The translations under genes were made by a program, and so were the position numbers. A DNA stretch of 63,225 nt from Cyanophora paradoxa CCMP329 (Eukaryota; Plantae; Glaucophyta), in assembly GCA_004431415.1 (NCBI GenBank), contig QPMI01000659.1, positions 1 to 63,225 on the forward strand, in the 5' to 3' direction. The notes under the pieces were generated by a model. That model saw only the letters and a list, made by a program, of their open reading frames with translations. It made no database searches and was not told the DNA's origin. This document shows, in pieces, positions 33,886 to 46,456 of the stretch (position 1 is its first letter; each line of letters opens with the position of its first letter).

Positions 33886-34452
33886 ATGAAGCCCAGCCGG
33901 GCGCTAGCGTTGCCGGCGCCCCCATCCGCGGGATCTGGCGGAGCTCCGAAGCGACCCGCGCCTCACCCGCGCAGCGCCAGGAGATCCCCCGCAAAAAAGG
34001 CCAAAGTGCAGTCGGGAGTTCCTGACGAGGCTTATGCGCGAGCAATACCCGTAGCACAACCAGCGCAGGCAGCTGCGCATGCAGCTCCGAAGGGGCAGCC
34101 GGCGCCTAAGCTAAAGGCGCCGGCAGTGGTCCCTGTTGCGCAGCCGGCGAAAGTCTTCAAGAAGAGTCGACGTCAGATCAAGCACCCCAAGCGTCCCAAA
34201 CCCGGCGTCGCCCCGAAAGTGCCGAAAAGCCCCGCCGGCGTGCCTCCTCGGCCGCTGGCGCTCGCGCTGGCGGCGGCGCAGGAGGCCACGCGCCACATCG
34301 CAGAGGCCACCGCGCATCTGCGCACGCACCGCGGGGGCGGGGACCGCACAGCAGTGGTGGCGTCGCTGCTGTGCCTGGAGGGCGAGACCAAGCAGCTTAT
34401 TGAGCTGGCTCAAAGGCTCAAGGACCACGCGGAGGACCTCCAGAGAATGTAA
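33886..34452 (+). CDS. Intronless hypothetical protein, basic Lys/Pro/Ala-rich N-half and helical C-half
   Basis: 188-aa ORF with coding-like composition, repeated PVAQPA, and a stop followed by AT-richer sequence. Confidence 0.5.
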   Translation: MKPSRALALPAPPSAGSGGAPKRPAPHPRSARRSPAKKAKVQSGVPDEAYARAIPVAQPAQAAAHAAPKGQPAPKLKAPAVVPVAQPAKVFKKSRRQIKHPKRPKPGVAPKVPKSPAGVPPRPLALALAAAQEATRHIAEATAHLRTHRGGGDRTAVVASLLCLEGETKQLIELAQRLKDHAEDLQRM

Positions 34453-34499
34453 TTCAAATATCTCCATTGTACAGGAAGTGTTCTAAACAAATCATGGGC

Positions 34500-36829
34500 C
34501 TAGCCCTTGACGGCGACTGCCATGGTGTAGCCGGAGCCTGCGCGGATGGGGCCGGGGGGCGCTCAGGACGGGGGCGGCAGCTGCGCGGGGGGGCTGGCGT
34601 GCGGGCGGGCGGGGGGGCGGACCTTGCATGAGCTTGTAGTCCTGGGGTAGGAACGCGCCCTGGGCGCCCTTGAGCGCCGCCTCGCGCACCTGGGGAGGGG
34701 GGTCGGGGCAGGACGGGCGGGGGGCCGGGGCCGGGGCGGCGGACCTTGTCGTAGAGGTGGCGCTTGCAGTGCTGCTCCATGGCGGTGAGCTGGCAGAGGT
34801 CGTAGAGGCCGGCCTTCACGCCCCGCTCCAGCGTCGAGATCTGGCCCCGCGCCGCTCTCAGCGGCGGCGCCGGCGGGGCGGGGGGCACGGGGCGCGCACG
34901 TCGACGAGGCGGCCGGCGGCGTAGAAGAGGAACATGGGGAGGGCCTTGAAGTTGTGCCGCTCGCTCAGCAGCCCGCTCTGCCCGCCCCGCCCCGCCCCCT
35001 CGCCCCGCGCGCACGGGCGGGGGCGGGGCGGGGCGCGGGGCGGGGCGCGGGGCGGGGCGCGCCTCGCAGACGTCGAACTTGAAGAGCTTGAAGCGGTCGG
35101 GCGGGACGAGCATCGTCTCCGCCCCCAGCGGCCCCCGCCCCGCCTTGGCGCTCCCTTCCGGCGGGGAGGCGGCGCGGCGGCCGGCGGTGGCGGTGCGGGC
35201 GGCCTGCGCCTCTGCGGCGCTCTTCTGCAGCGCCACAAGCTCCTCCCCGGGCAGCTGCCGCCCCCAGCCCGGCATGGGCGGGGCCTGGGGGTGGGGAGGG
35301 GTGCGGGGGCACCTGGACCATGCCGTTGACCTCCTCGAGCCAGGACTCGGCGCGGCGGCTCTCGGGGTTCCAGTCGGCGAGGGCGACCACCACCACCACG
35401 CCCCCGGACCCGCACTCCTCCGCCACCCGCCTGCGCCCCCGCACGCCCCGCCCTCAGCCCCCGCGCTGCCGGCGGCGGCGGGGGCGGGGCGGGCGGGGGC
35501 GGGCGCGCTTGTCGAAGCCGTCGGCGCGGAGGGGGGTGAGCTTCTTGCGGTAGGAGCGGTAGCGCTTGGGGAGGCGCTTCTGCCACGGGGGCCGCTTCGT
35601 CGCCGTCATCTCGAACGGCTCGGCGGGGAGCGCCTCGGGGGCGGGCTCGGCGGCGGGGGCGGAGGCGGGCTTGCGCTGGGTGCGGACGAAGGGGTCGGCC
35701 TTGAGGAGCTCCCCCTCGCGCGCCTGCCTCCGGAACTCCAGCAGGCCCTCCACCGCCTGGCCCCGCCTCAGCAGGCGCGGCGGGGGGCGGGGGCGGGCGG
35801 GGCGGCCGGGGCGCACGGGCTGGAGGGGCGCGGAGAAGTCGGCGGCGGTGCGGAAGGGCTTCGGGGGCGCCTCGCGCGGCGGCCGCTGCGCCCGCACCTT
35901 CTCCACGTCGATCACCAGCCTCCCCCCCGGGCCCCGCCCCTTCAGCTGCCCCCGCCGGCCACACGTCAGACGGGGCGTTGTGTGTGTGTGTGGGGGGGGG
36001 GGCGCGCGGGGCGGGGGGCACGTTGTCGAGGTAGGTGCCCTCCCGGGCGAGGTGCTCGCCGACCTGCGCGCGCCGTGAGCGAGCGGGGCACGCTGCGGGG
36101 CGGGGCGGCGCGCGTTGAAGGTGAAGGAGCGGCCGCCGAGGCGGACGTCGAGGCTCATGTGCTGCCGGTCCGTCATCCGCAGCCGCATGCTCTCCGTGAC
36201 CTCCAGGACGAGCTCCTTGGGCTCCCACTTCGCCCAGAGCTCGCTCTGCACGATGTTCCCCTGCTCGTCCGTGATCGTGAAGCCGGCCTTGTTCGTCACC
36301 AGCCGCGGCCGCCCGCTCCGCCACTGCACGCTCCCCACCCCCTCGTGCGTGAAGCCACCGAGGAGCGCCCGCCGGCCGGCCTCGCGGTAGATGTATGTGT
36401 GCGGCCCGCCTCCCGCAACGCGGTCCACCGTAACTGCGATCGCCCCCGACGGGTAACTGCCGCCCCGTCAGCCGCCCGCCGCTGCGCGCGCCATCGCAGC
36501 CGCGAGGAGAGGAGTGCGCTAGACTGCTAGGGAGGACGTGTGCGAACTCTTGGGCGGGGTGGAATGCCGTGAAGGCAGCCCCGCTTCCGCACGCAGTTCT
36601 TAGCTAGAATCCCCGGAAGCGCGCACTAGGCATTGCCGATGTGGTGCCTGTCGAGCTGCACGAATACCGAGCCGTTGTCGTGTAAGATGCGCGTAGCGTG
36701 CGGGTCGACTGGCGCGGAAGTCGACGGCGTGGCTGCGGCCGGCGGAGGCGCCGGCGGCTCAGCCGCAGGCGGTGGGGGAGGAGGCGCCGGGGCAGCCGGA
36801 GCAGGTGCCGGGGCTGCTTTCGGCGGCAT
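34500..36829 (-). CDS. FAM194/ERICH6-like domain protein with C-terminal thioredoxin-like fold
   Basis: MPPKAAPAP start; ILHDNGSVF..YPSGAIAV..LLGGFTHEGVGSVQWRSGRPRLV is a FAM194-type pattern; VVVVALADWNPES..FKLFKFDV..LSERHNFKALPMFLFYAAGRLV is Trx-like without CxxC. Confidence 0.7.
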
Positions 36830-37085
36830 GTTGCTGCTGCCTAGCTGTGCGGTCTGGGACCGCGCCGATCGTTAGCAGTGCTTTTGCGCCAAATCTCTGA
36901 CAGTAGGAGACGCTAGTAGATCTCTGATGGTCCGCAAAACTACTTTTCAGCACTCGAGCTCTTCGCGTTAAAGATGCTCTGCTGGAAGGTGCACCACTGA
37001 AACCGTATTTGCGTATTTGCGTACCCGGACCGCAAGCCCCAGTGCTGCCCCACTGCCCAGTGCTGCATCGGCAAGCGGACCAAGA

Positions 37086-38977
37086 ATGCGAGATCTGAGG
37101 ATAGAGAGCACTTGGCACACCGAGCTGAAGCCGGGCGCGCGCTTCTGGCTCAACCACACTGCCGCGGCGGGTCAGAAGACCGCTTACGGCGAGTGCACGG
37201 CAGCGCGGTCGCCGACCGGCGCGCTGGAGCTCACCTGCGACCTCGAGGGCATCTCAATCCCGCAGGCCGACATCGCCGTGCGCGCCGCGTACGGGCGCTC
37301 GTTGCTTATGCGAAGCGAACCACGCGCGTGCGCAGGGGCGCGCGAAGTGGCTCGACGTAAAGCACGACGAGAGCGGGCAGACGTGCCGCTTTCACGCACC
37401 AGTCGCGCAGTACGGGCGCATCCATCCCGGCAAAAGCGTGCGCCGCTGCGCCGCGCTAGAGCTTCGGATCGTAGACGCGCGGCCGCCGCAGATCCTGAGC
37501 TTGGATGTGAGCGGCGGTGGCCTCGGAGTGTCGGCAGGCACGGAGGGCGTCGTGCGGGTGTGGGAGACTAAGGACGGATCTCTGAGGGTGCGCGTCCCGC
37601 CGCGCACGCGCGCCGCCGTGTCTTGTTAAACGCTGGCGCGCGCAGAGGGATCTCGAGGGGCACAAGGGAGATGTGTACGCGTGCAGATTCTTCCCCAGTG
37701 GCAAGGTCGTCCTCACGGGGTGCGCATGCAAATGCGGCCGCGGCCGCGGCCGGGATCCGCACCTCTCTGAGCGCCTCGCCGCGACGCGCCGCGCAGCGGA
37801 GCCGACCGGTTGCTAAAGATATGGGATCTGGAGAGCGGCGAGTGCGCGGCGGATCTGAAGGGCCACACGTACGGTGCGCCGTCGGTGGCGCGACCGAGCA
37901 CCGCCCGCGGGCCGCTCACGCCGCAGCAGGTGTCACGAGTATCGCGATGGTGGACAGAGGCCGGACGCTCGTCTGTGCGTCCCGCGCCCCTCCCGAGGAA
38001 GCTCCGGCGGGGCGGGCTGACGGGGCGGGGCGGGGCGGACGGGAGGGCAGCGGGGAGCCGGGACGGGACGTGCGTGCACTGGGACGTCCCCACGCAGGCG
38101 GCGCTGGGGCAGCTGTGCGCCTCCGAGAAGCCCCTCAACGCCGTCGACGTCGGCGCCCGCCCCGGGGGCCCCGAGGGCGCGCCGCCCCCCCGCCCGGCGC
38201 CGGGGCGCGGGGCGAGGCGGGGCGGGCGCAGAGGGGCGGGTGGCGGCGGTGGGGGCGACGACGGCGTCGTGCGCGTGCTCGACCTCGCCTCGCGGGAGGC
38301 CGTCCTCACCCTCGAGTGCCCGCCCCTGCCGGGCGCCCTTTCCCCCAGCCCGCGCCCCGCTCACGCCGGCGGCGCAGCGCGGGCTCGGCGGTGAACGCCG
38401 TGTGCCTGCGCCCCGAGAGCGCCACCCTCGCCGTGCGCTCCGCCCCGCCCCGCCCCGCTCCGCTCGGGCTCCAGGCCGGCCGAGGGCGTGCCGGGCAGTA
38501 CGGGACGGACGACGGGACGGTGCGGGTGGTGGACCTGCGCGCGGCGGCCGCCGGCGCCGAGGTGGCCTCGGCGCGCCGCTCGACGGCCGCCGTCCTCTGC
38601 GTGCGGCCCGCCGGCCCCGCCGCCCTCCTCGTCTCCACCGGCGCGCCCCGCCGCCCCCGGGCGCCGCCCCGCCGCATCCGCGCCTGCCTGAAGCGGCGGG
38701 GCGCGCGCAGCGGACGGGGCGGCGTTCGTGTGGGACCCGGCGACGCAGGCCGTCGCCCACGACCTCACGGGCCCGCCCCGCCCCCGCGCCCCGCGCCGAG
38801 CTGCAGCGCCGGGCCGGGCTGAGGCTGCGGGCGAGGGCGCGCGCAGGGCCCGACTTCGAGGCGGTGTACGCGGCGGCCGTGGAGCGCGCCGAGGGGGCGG
38901 CGGGGGCCCCGGGGCGCCCCGCGGAGCGCGTCTTCACGGGCGCGCGGGACGGCGTCGTCCGCCAGTACACCCTCTAG
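37086..38977 (+). CDS. PAAF1: Proteasomal ATPase-associated factor 1 / Rpn14-like WD40 protein
   Basis: N-terminal LRIESTW..FWLN..GQKTAYG; ILSLDVSGGGLGVS..VWET; LEGHKGDVYACRFFPSGKVVLTG..LKIW; VFTGARDGVVRQY. Confidence 0.85.
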
Positions 38978-39192
38978 CCCCCACGCCTCGGGCGCCCCGC
39001 GCGCTGGGCGAGGCGCGCGCCCCGGGGGGCGTAATCGATATTCAAAGAACGTACTCTGCTGAAACGCATGGATGGCATGATGCAAAACCTAGGGAGTTAT
39101 GTGCGGGATATATCGAACTGCACGGGGGAGCAGCAGCTGAACTGGCTGGAAGCGGGCTGGAGCGAGGGGGCCGCAGGAAGGCGGCGGGGCGC

Positions 39193-42175
39193 TCAGGAGA
39201 GGCCGACGATCTTGCCGGTCTCGGGGTCGAGGTCGATCTCGTAGTAGGCCGGCCGCGTCGGCAGCCCCGGGATCGTCGGCATCTGCCGGCCCGCGTCAGC
39301 GCGCCGAGGGGGCCGGCGCGGCCGCCGGCGGGCGCGGGCGGGCGCGCCTCGCCGCAGAGGGGGTAGAGGAAGCCGGCGCCGACGCTGGCGCGGATGTCGC
39401 GGACGGGGATCTTGAAGCCCGTGGGGGCGCCCTGCGCGCCGCCCGGCTCGGCGGGGCGGGGCGGGGCGGGGCGGGGCGGTGGAGGGGGGCGGGGGGCGGG
39501 CCTTGAGGTTGGGGTCGGCAGAGAGGGAGTACTGGGTCTTGGCCATGCAGATGGGGAGGCCGGCAAAGCCCTGCCGCGTGTACCGCTCGATCTGCGGCCC
39601 CCGCGCCCCGTCAGCGGCGGCCGGCCCCGGGGAGGGCCTACGGGGCGCGCGCCTTCTTCTCGGCCTCGGGGGAGTACTCGACGCCGTCGGCGCCGTAGAT
39701 CCCGCGGCAGATCGCCTCGATCTTGTCCTTGATCGGGAGCTCCAGGGGGTACAGGAACTGGAAGGGCGACCCCGCCTGGCGGGAGAAGCGGCACGCCTCC
39801 ATGACGGCCCGCCCCAGGTCCGCCGCCCCTGCCGCCCCGCCCCTCAGCGAGGGCCAGGCAGGAGCAGGGCGGGCGGGCGGGCGGGGCACCGGCGCCGCCC
39901 TGGGCGTAGTGGTCGGCCATGACGGCGGAGTGGGCGCCGTGCTCCCGCGCGAACTTCTCGATCAGCTCCACCTGCCCGAGGCGTGAGCGGGGGCCGGCCG
40001 GCGCGGCCCGGCGCGGGGCGGGGCGGGGCGCCTCGGCGGGGGCGTCGGTGCCGAAGCGGTTGACGGCGACGACGACGGGGACGCCGAACTGGGGCGGGGG
40101 TGAGGGGCCGGGGGGGCACGGGGGCGGGGCGGGCGGGGCGGGGGCCTTGGCGGCGTTGCGGATGTGGACGCCGAGGTTCGGGAGGCCCTTGCCGAGCAGC
40201 TCGAGGTTCTCCTCCGTGTACGCCTTGTTCAGGCGCTGCCCGGGGGTCACCGCGGGGCCCCCGCCGTGCATCTTCAGCGCCCGGATCGTCGCCACGATCA
40301 CCGCGCAGCTCGGCTTCAGGCCCGAGTACCGCGTCTTGATGTTCATGAACCTGGCCCAGGGTCAGGCGGGGCGCGCGGGCGGGGCGGGCGGGGCGCGCTT
40401 CTCCATGCCGATGTCGGCGCCGAAGCCGGCCTCGGTGACGACGAAGCCCTCGGGGCCCGCCAGCTGCGCGCCCGCTCGCGGCGGGGCGGGCGGGGCGGCG
40501 GGGTGCGGGCGGGCGGGGCGGGGCCTTGAGGGCGATCTGGTCGGCGACGATGGACGAGTTGCCGTGCGCGATGTTCGCGAACGGGCCCTGCCCGCCATCC
40601 TCGCCCGCGCGCGCGGGCGGCGGGCGGGCGGGGCGCGGGGGCGGACGGCGTGGACGAGGACGGGCGTCTCCTCCAGCGTCTGCATCAGCGTCGGCATCAC
40701 CGCGTCCTGCCCGCCCCGCCCCGCCCCGCCCGCTCGGTCTCGTCGCGCGGGCGGGCGGGGCGGGCGGGCGGAGCGGGGCGGGCGCCTTCATGAGGACGCA
40801 GAGGGCGCCGCCGATGCCGAGGTCGTCCGCCGTCACGGCGTCGCCGGCGCGGCTCGAGCCGACCACCATCCGCCCTGCGCGCCGCGGGGCTCGGTGGGGG
40901 CGGGGGGCGGGGGCGGCGGGGGCGGACCGAGGCGCTCGCGCATGTCGGCGAGGGAGGTGCAGAGGGCGAGGACGGCCATGATCTCCGAGGCCACCGTGAT
41001 GTCGAAGCCCGTGGCGCGCGTGTGGCCCTTCTCCGTCGGCGCCTGCCCCACGGTGACCTCCCGCAGGAAGCGGTCGTTCGTGTCCACGCAGCGCCGCCAC
41101 GTGATCGTCTCCGGGTCGAGGTCCAGCCGCACGAACTTGCTCACCTCCTCCCCCGACAGCGCCCCCGGGTCTGCGCCCCCGCCCGCCCCCTCAGCGCGCC
41201 GCGCGAGGCGGCGCGGTTGGGGGCCGCGGGGCGGGGCGCGCCGGTCTTGTCGATGCCGAGCTTCTTGAGGCGGCGGAACATGACCTTGGAGAAGGAGCGC
41301 GAGCCGTCCGGCGAGGCCGGGCACAGCCGGTCGAAGAGCTGCGCCCCCGCCGCTCGCCTCGCCGCCGTGCGCGGTCGCCCCCGGCCCCGGCGCGCTCCAC
41401 GGGGCGCCGGCGCACCTGCTGGTCTGTCTGCGTCTTCTCGTGGAACATGCGCGCGTCGATCGCGGCCGCGAGCAGGCTGATGGCGGCGCGTCAGCGGCTC
41501 GCGGCGCGCGCGCGGGGCGGCCAGTCGGGGCGGACTTGTTGGCGGCGGTGATGGCGTGGATGTCTCCCGTCAGGTGCAGGTTGAACTCCTCCATCGGGAT
41601 CACCTGCGCCGCCCGCGCTCGCGCCCCGCCCCGCCCCGCGCCAGCGTGGGGATCAAGTCGGTGTACCTGCGAGTAGCCGCCGCCGGCCGCGCCGCCCTTG
41701 ATGCCGAAGGTCGGGCCCTGGCTGGGCTGACGGATGCACGTGAACACCTGCGCGCGCCGGGCGCCCCGCTCAGCTCGCTCGCACGCGTGCGTTTGGCGCC
41801 GCTGAGCGCTCGGGTGGACCTTCTGATTGAGGTGCGCGCCAAGCGCCTGGCTGACGCCGATGGTGGTCGTGCTCTTGCCCTCGCCGAGCGGAGTCGGGTT
41901 GATGCCGCCGACGACGACGTAGTAGCCATCTGGCTGGTTCTGAAGGCGCTTCAGGACATCGAGGCTGACCTTCGCCTTGTACTTCCCGTAAGGCTCGAGC
42001 TCGTCCGCATGAATGCCGGCCGACGCGGCTATCTCGGCGATGGGAGTCGGCGGGATGCTCTGGGATAAAGCGCGTGAAGGTGAGCTTTCGACACGCAGGG
42101 GCGCGGTCCGGTCACCTGAGCGATTGCGATGTCGCTCGGCACCGGCGTCTGAAGGTCTTTGAGCTTCCGCGGCAT
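39193..42175 (-). CDS. fhs: Formate--tetrahydrofolate ligase (monofunctional FTHFS), 18 exons
   Basis: [97 protein letters not shown]. All 17 introns were traced in frame. Confidence 0.97.
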
Positions 42176-42366
42176 GGTGACGCGCTTTGGGCGGATTCGG
42201 CTTGGACTCTAGCCTTGGAGGCTTGGAGCCGCGTCCGGGTACGCGGCGAGCGGCGTCTTGAGACCGGTGCGGGTGCCCGTGCACGTGCGAGGTACGCGCA
42301 TTCGGACCTCCATGTAGCGCCGCGTGGCCTGATGGCGCTTGCAGGGCTCGCTGACGGCTCCGCGCG

Positions 42367-44330
42367 ATGGAGCCCTCCCCGAAGCGAGCGCGGCTGGCAG
42401 CCACGGCCGAGGCGCCCCTAGACAGCTCCAGAACCGGTACCGTAACTGATGGCAAGAACCACATCTGCGCGCTGCGGCGGAGGCGTGGCGTACGGCGCGG
42501 GGGACGTGTCGGCAGCTGCGTGCAGCCGTGGAAAGCATCGATTGGACAGCGTTGCAAACCGCGGGTAGCCGGGCGGAGGCCTTCGAGGCACTCGCGGCTC
42601 TCGTTCGGAGCGGAAAGCTGCGTCTGCGGGGCAACGGGGCGGCGTCGGTCAGCCTGGAGGTCAGCTACAGGTTCTTGTACGACCAAAGCACGTCCGAAGA
42701 GGACCGGAGTGCGGAGGTGCACGGGAACTTCATGGGGCAGGCGGCGTACGACGCGCTGCGAGCGTGCACAGCAGCAACGGGCGGCCTCAAGGCGGCGAGC
42801 CTGTTCTACACGCACATATCGTTCTCTCGATTCTGTCCTATCGGCCGAAGCAGCGAGGATACGCGTTGTTCGGGTTGTAACCTAGTCTCCTCACATATCT
42901 TTGACGCCCTCTTCGCTCTTCGGCCGCCGATATCGACCGCCAGCCCCATCCGCAGCATCAGTATCAACTTCGACGCGCAAAATCTGTATGAAGAAACTAG
43001 TTTCGCCGATCACTTCTCGCCCGAGGTCCTGCGGCGCTCTCTGTCCCCGTTCTCCGGCCTGCAGTCCCTCGCCCTGCCGGCCTTGCTTTACGTGGATGAA
43101 GGCATCGCGGCTGCGATCGTCAGAGCGTGCCCTTCTTTGCGCAGCCTGCTCATCAGCGACAAGGGCAGCACTGACTGCCTCGGGCCCCTGGCCCAGCTTG
43201 AGGAGCTCCGCACGTGGGACGTCGACTCGTCCTGGGGATCCGGATCTGAAATCGTCGCTTTCTTGAGAACTCCCGCGGGTCGTAACCTTCGGGTCATCGG
43301 CGATCGGTGCGTGCCAATGTGCCGATCATGATCACTTGCAATGCGTTCAAGAACATAGTTGAACTTCCCCGCAGCGCTGCCCCCGTGAACGCTGTGGACG
43401 GGCTCGAGCGGGATCGTGATCTCCATCCGGATTTGTTGGAGTCTCCGTGGCCATGGCCGGCACACTTTACATCAGACGCGTTCAGCGGGCTGACGCACCT
43501 GAAGCACCTCGAGCGCCTGGATTTCACAAACGGAGTCGATCTCTCGGTGTGTAGTTGATCTCTAAATTAGTGTGTAGTTGATCTCTAAATGTGCATGTAT
43601 AGCCTGCTGCCGAACTGGATGCATAGCCTGACCATATCAATATTAATGCCCGTAGCCTGCCTCGCCCATAGCCTGCCGATCTAGATGCAGCCTCCCTAGG
43701 CCTAGCCCGCTGCAGATCCAGCGCCAGCATTGGACTGAAATCTTCTGGAGCGCTCTGACTGCGCACAGCTCCCGCGTGAGGTCGTGGCGAGGCTGGGAGA
43801 CTGCCCCAAGCTGGCCGAGGTCTCCGTCTGCGTCCCTGTCGGCATTAACGAGGCACAAATCGTGGAGGCGACGCTCGCGGCGATGAACGGCCTCGCGGAC
43901 GCCCTCGAGCGCTCGAAGAGCCTGCGGCACCTCGACCTCCACTTCCGTGCGCTCCCCCTTCCCTTGCAGTTGAACAGTTTGCAACCAGCCCCAGCTTAGC
44001 TTGCAGCCGCTCGCTTGCCTCCTCCAGAGGTCTGATGCAAGCGTGGCTGCAGTGATGCACGGGGCCTCTACAGAGGACTACGGGGAGGCCCTGCGGCGCC
44101 TGGTCGCCGCCGCCGCCCCCGTCCTCCGCTCCTTCCGCGTCGCCCACTCCAGCCGTCGCTCCGGCGGGCCCGACGGGGAGTTCTTGGAGTGCCTTACGGC
44201 CGCCGGCCCGCTGGGCGCCGAGCTCGCGGAGGCGTACGCGTCGAGCCCCAAGAGCGCCCCGCAGTGGCGCCGCTCCGCCAGCCGCGCCCTCGCCGGGCAA
44301 CCCGTGGCGGGGCGCCGCGACGCTGCCTGA
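42367..44330 (+). CDS. F-box-like / leucine-rich repeat (RNI-like) protein
   Basis: [13 protein letters not shown] start, ..WKASI/VESIDW F-box-like end, LRR-like [51 protein letters not shown]. Confidence 0.65.
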
Positions 44331-44883
44331 GCTGAGCTCGATCACGGATCGCGGACCAGCAGCGCTAGCCAGCGCTGCCGTAGCCGAGCGTCCTGTACAT
44401 GTGCGCTTCGTTCTACGATGTGAATGCGCAGGGATGTATCACAGTGTACTGTTGTCTAACAGTTGTCATGGATCATGGGATCCGGATGTCTTGATCTGTT
44501 GTACATGTGACGTCTGAATCTCTTTAATCTCAGCGGCTCTCGAATACGAAGCCCAATGTGTGGGGCGATTTGCGGACAGATCCGATTATCCAGAGGGCAG
44601 AGGATCCGATCGCGGCGAAAGTAATCATGATCATCTACGATAATATAAGACTGATTCACTGTAATAAACGACAGGCCGCATAGCGCGACCCTCGGGGCGC
44701 CTACGTACACATGACACATATTACAGCTTCGGATCTACGCGTACGGATGCATGCAGCGGTCCTAGGGTTCGGTCGGGCTACGCGAGGGTAATAAAGAAGA
44801 GGGCCCCTCAAAACTTCTAGCGTTACAAGGGGCGCGCGGGCCCTGGGGGTAGGCGGGGCCATGTGGAGAGGAGGCCGGCGGGG

Positions 44884-46456
44884 TCATGGGGAGGGCCAGG
44901 AGAACGCGGTGGACGGGTCGATGTTGTAGGCGATGGAGGCCTCGTCGTGAACGCCGCCCATGAGCGCCTGCGGGGGCCCCGGCTCGGGCGGGGCGGGGCG
45001 GGGCGGGGCGGGGGCGAGGGGGGCGCACGTGGTAGGGGCGGTCGGAGCCGAGGATGGAGCGGAGGGGCGAGACGATGGAGGAGAGGAGGGAGCCGCCGAG
45101 GGGCAGCAGGCAGCGCGCGAGGGAGGGCGAGGGGACGGGCCGCGGCGTCGTCGGGGCGGCCGACGGCGGCGCCGGCCGCTGCGGGGTCTGCTGCGGGGTG
45201 GCCTCGTCGAAGGGGCGGCCGGGGGCGGCGGGCGTGGGCGTCTGCTGGCGGCGCTCGGCCGGCGCGGGGGCGACGACGAGGACGGGGACGGCGGCCGGCT
45301 GCGCCGAGGAGACAGAGACGGCCACGACGGGCCGCAGCGGAGGCCTCCGCAGCTCCTCGTCCGAGAGGCCTGCGCTCGGAGCGTCGGGCGCCCTGCGGCG
45401 GGGGGGCGGGGGCGGGGCGGGGCGGAGCGCACTCTCTGCGTCCTCGACGAAGCCGGGGGCGCCGGCGGCGGAGGCGGCGTCGTCCTCGTCGGGGTCAACG
45501 GCGTCCGTGATGTCGATCACCTCGCGCTCGTCGTCCGTGTCCGCCGCCGCCGCCCTCCGCAGCCGCTTCGACGACCCGTCGGAGCACTCCGAGGCGCACG
45601 AGGGCGAGCGCTTGACGCCGGCGGAGGGCCCGCACGGGTCGCACGCCACCATGGAGCACGCGGAGGCGGCGGGGGAGGGGGCGTCGCTGAGGAAGGCGTC
45701 CCCGTCCAACGGCGCGGCGCCGCCCGGCGGGCTCGTCAGGAGGATGGTCTCTGGGGAGGCCGTCCGCGCGGTGGCGCGAGTGCGGACGGCCGCCGCGGAG
45801 GCGGAGCCGGGGGCGGCGGGGGTGGAGGCGGAGGAGATGAAGACGGCGGAGACGGACGCGACGCGCGCGACCGCTGGCGCCGGACGCGTCTTCTTCTTTG
45901 TCTTCTTCGGAGGTGGCGCGCCCGCCTTCGGAGCAATGGCTGCTCCGGAGGGCCTGCTGTCGTGCTCAACCAGGAGGCGACGATTCAGAGCGGGACAGGC
46001 GACGCACGCAGGAGGGAGCATCTTCTGACAATCTGTGCAGTTTGAAACGTTTGGATACCGGCACGCCTGCGGAAGACTGGTCAGTTCTTGCTCCGGGCCT
46101 CGATCAAATTCAAAAACGGGTCCGGGGTGGCGGGCCCCCAGGGCAAGAAAGAAGCAAGCCCACCTTACGGGCAGTGCAATCTTTGCATGCCGGATGCTGG
46201 CATGTTGACCGCTGCCGCCCTGGCCGTTTGGACGGGAACACGTAGGCCGACGCGGGAGGCAGGACGTCGATCATCGTCTCCTCCCGATACAAGGACGACC
46301 TGAAACGACACCAGAAACTTGTAAGGACGCCGGATCGCAGTGGTAACGATCCCGGCGAGCCCGGGCCCGCTGCCTAGTTTGAATTTGACTCGCGCGCTGG
46401 CCGCGTCCGGGTCGAGCGAGTACGACAGCAACCCGGAAACGATCTAAGGGAGTCAT
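44884..46456 (-). CDS. Hypothetical protein with Cys-rich N-terminal region and disordered C-terminus
   Basis: CQHPACKDC and CRYPNVSNCTDCQKMLPPACVAC, NLS-like PPPKKTKKK, SIM-like EVIDITD; introns of the local type. Start uncertain. Confidence 0.5.
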
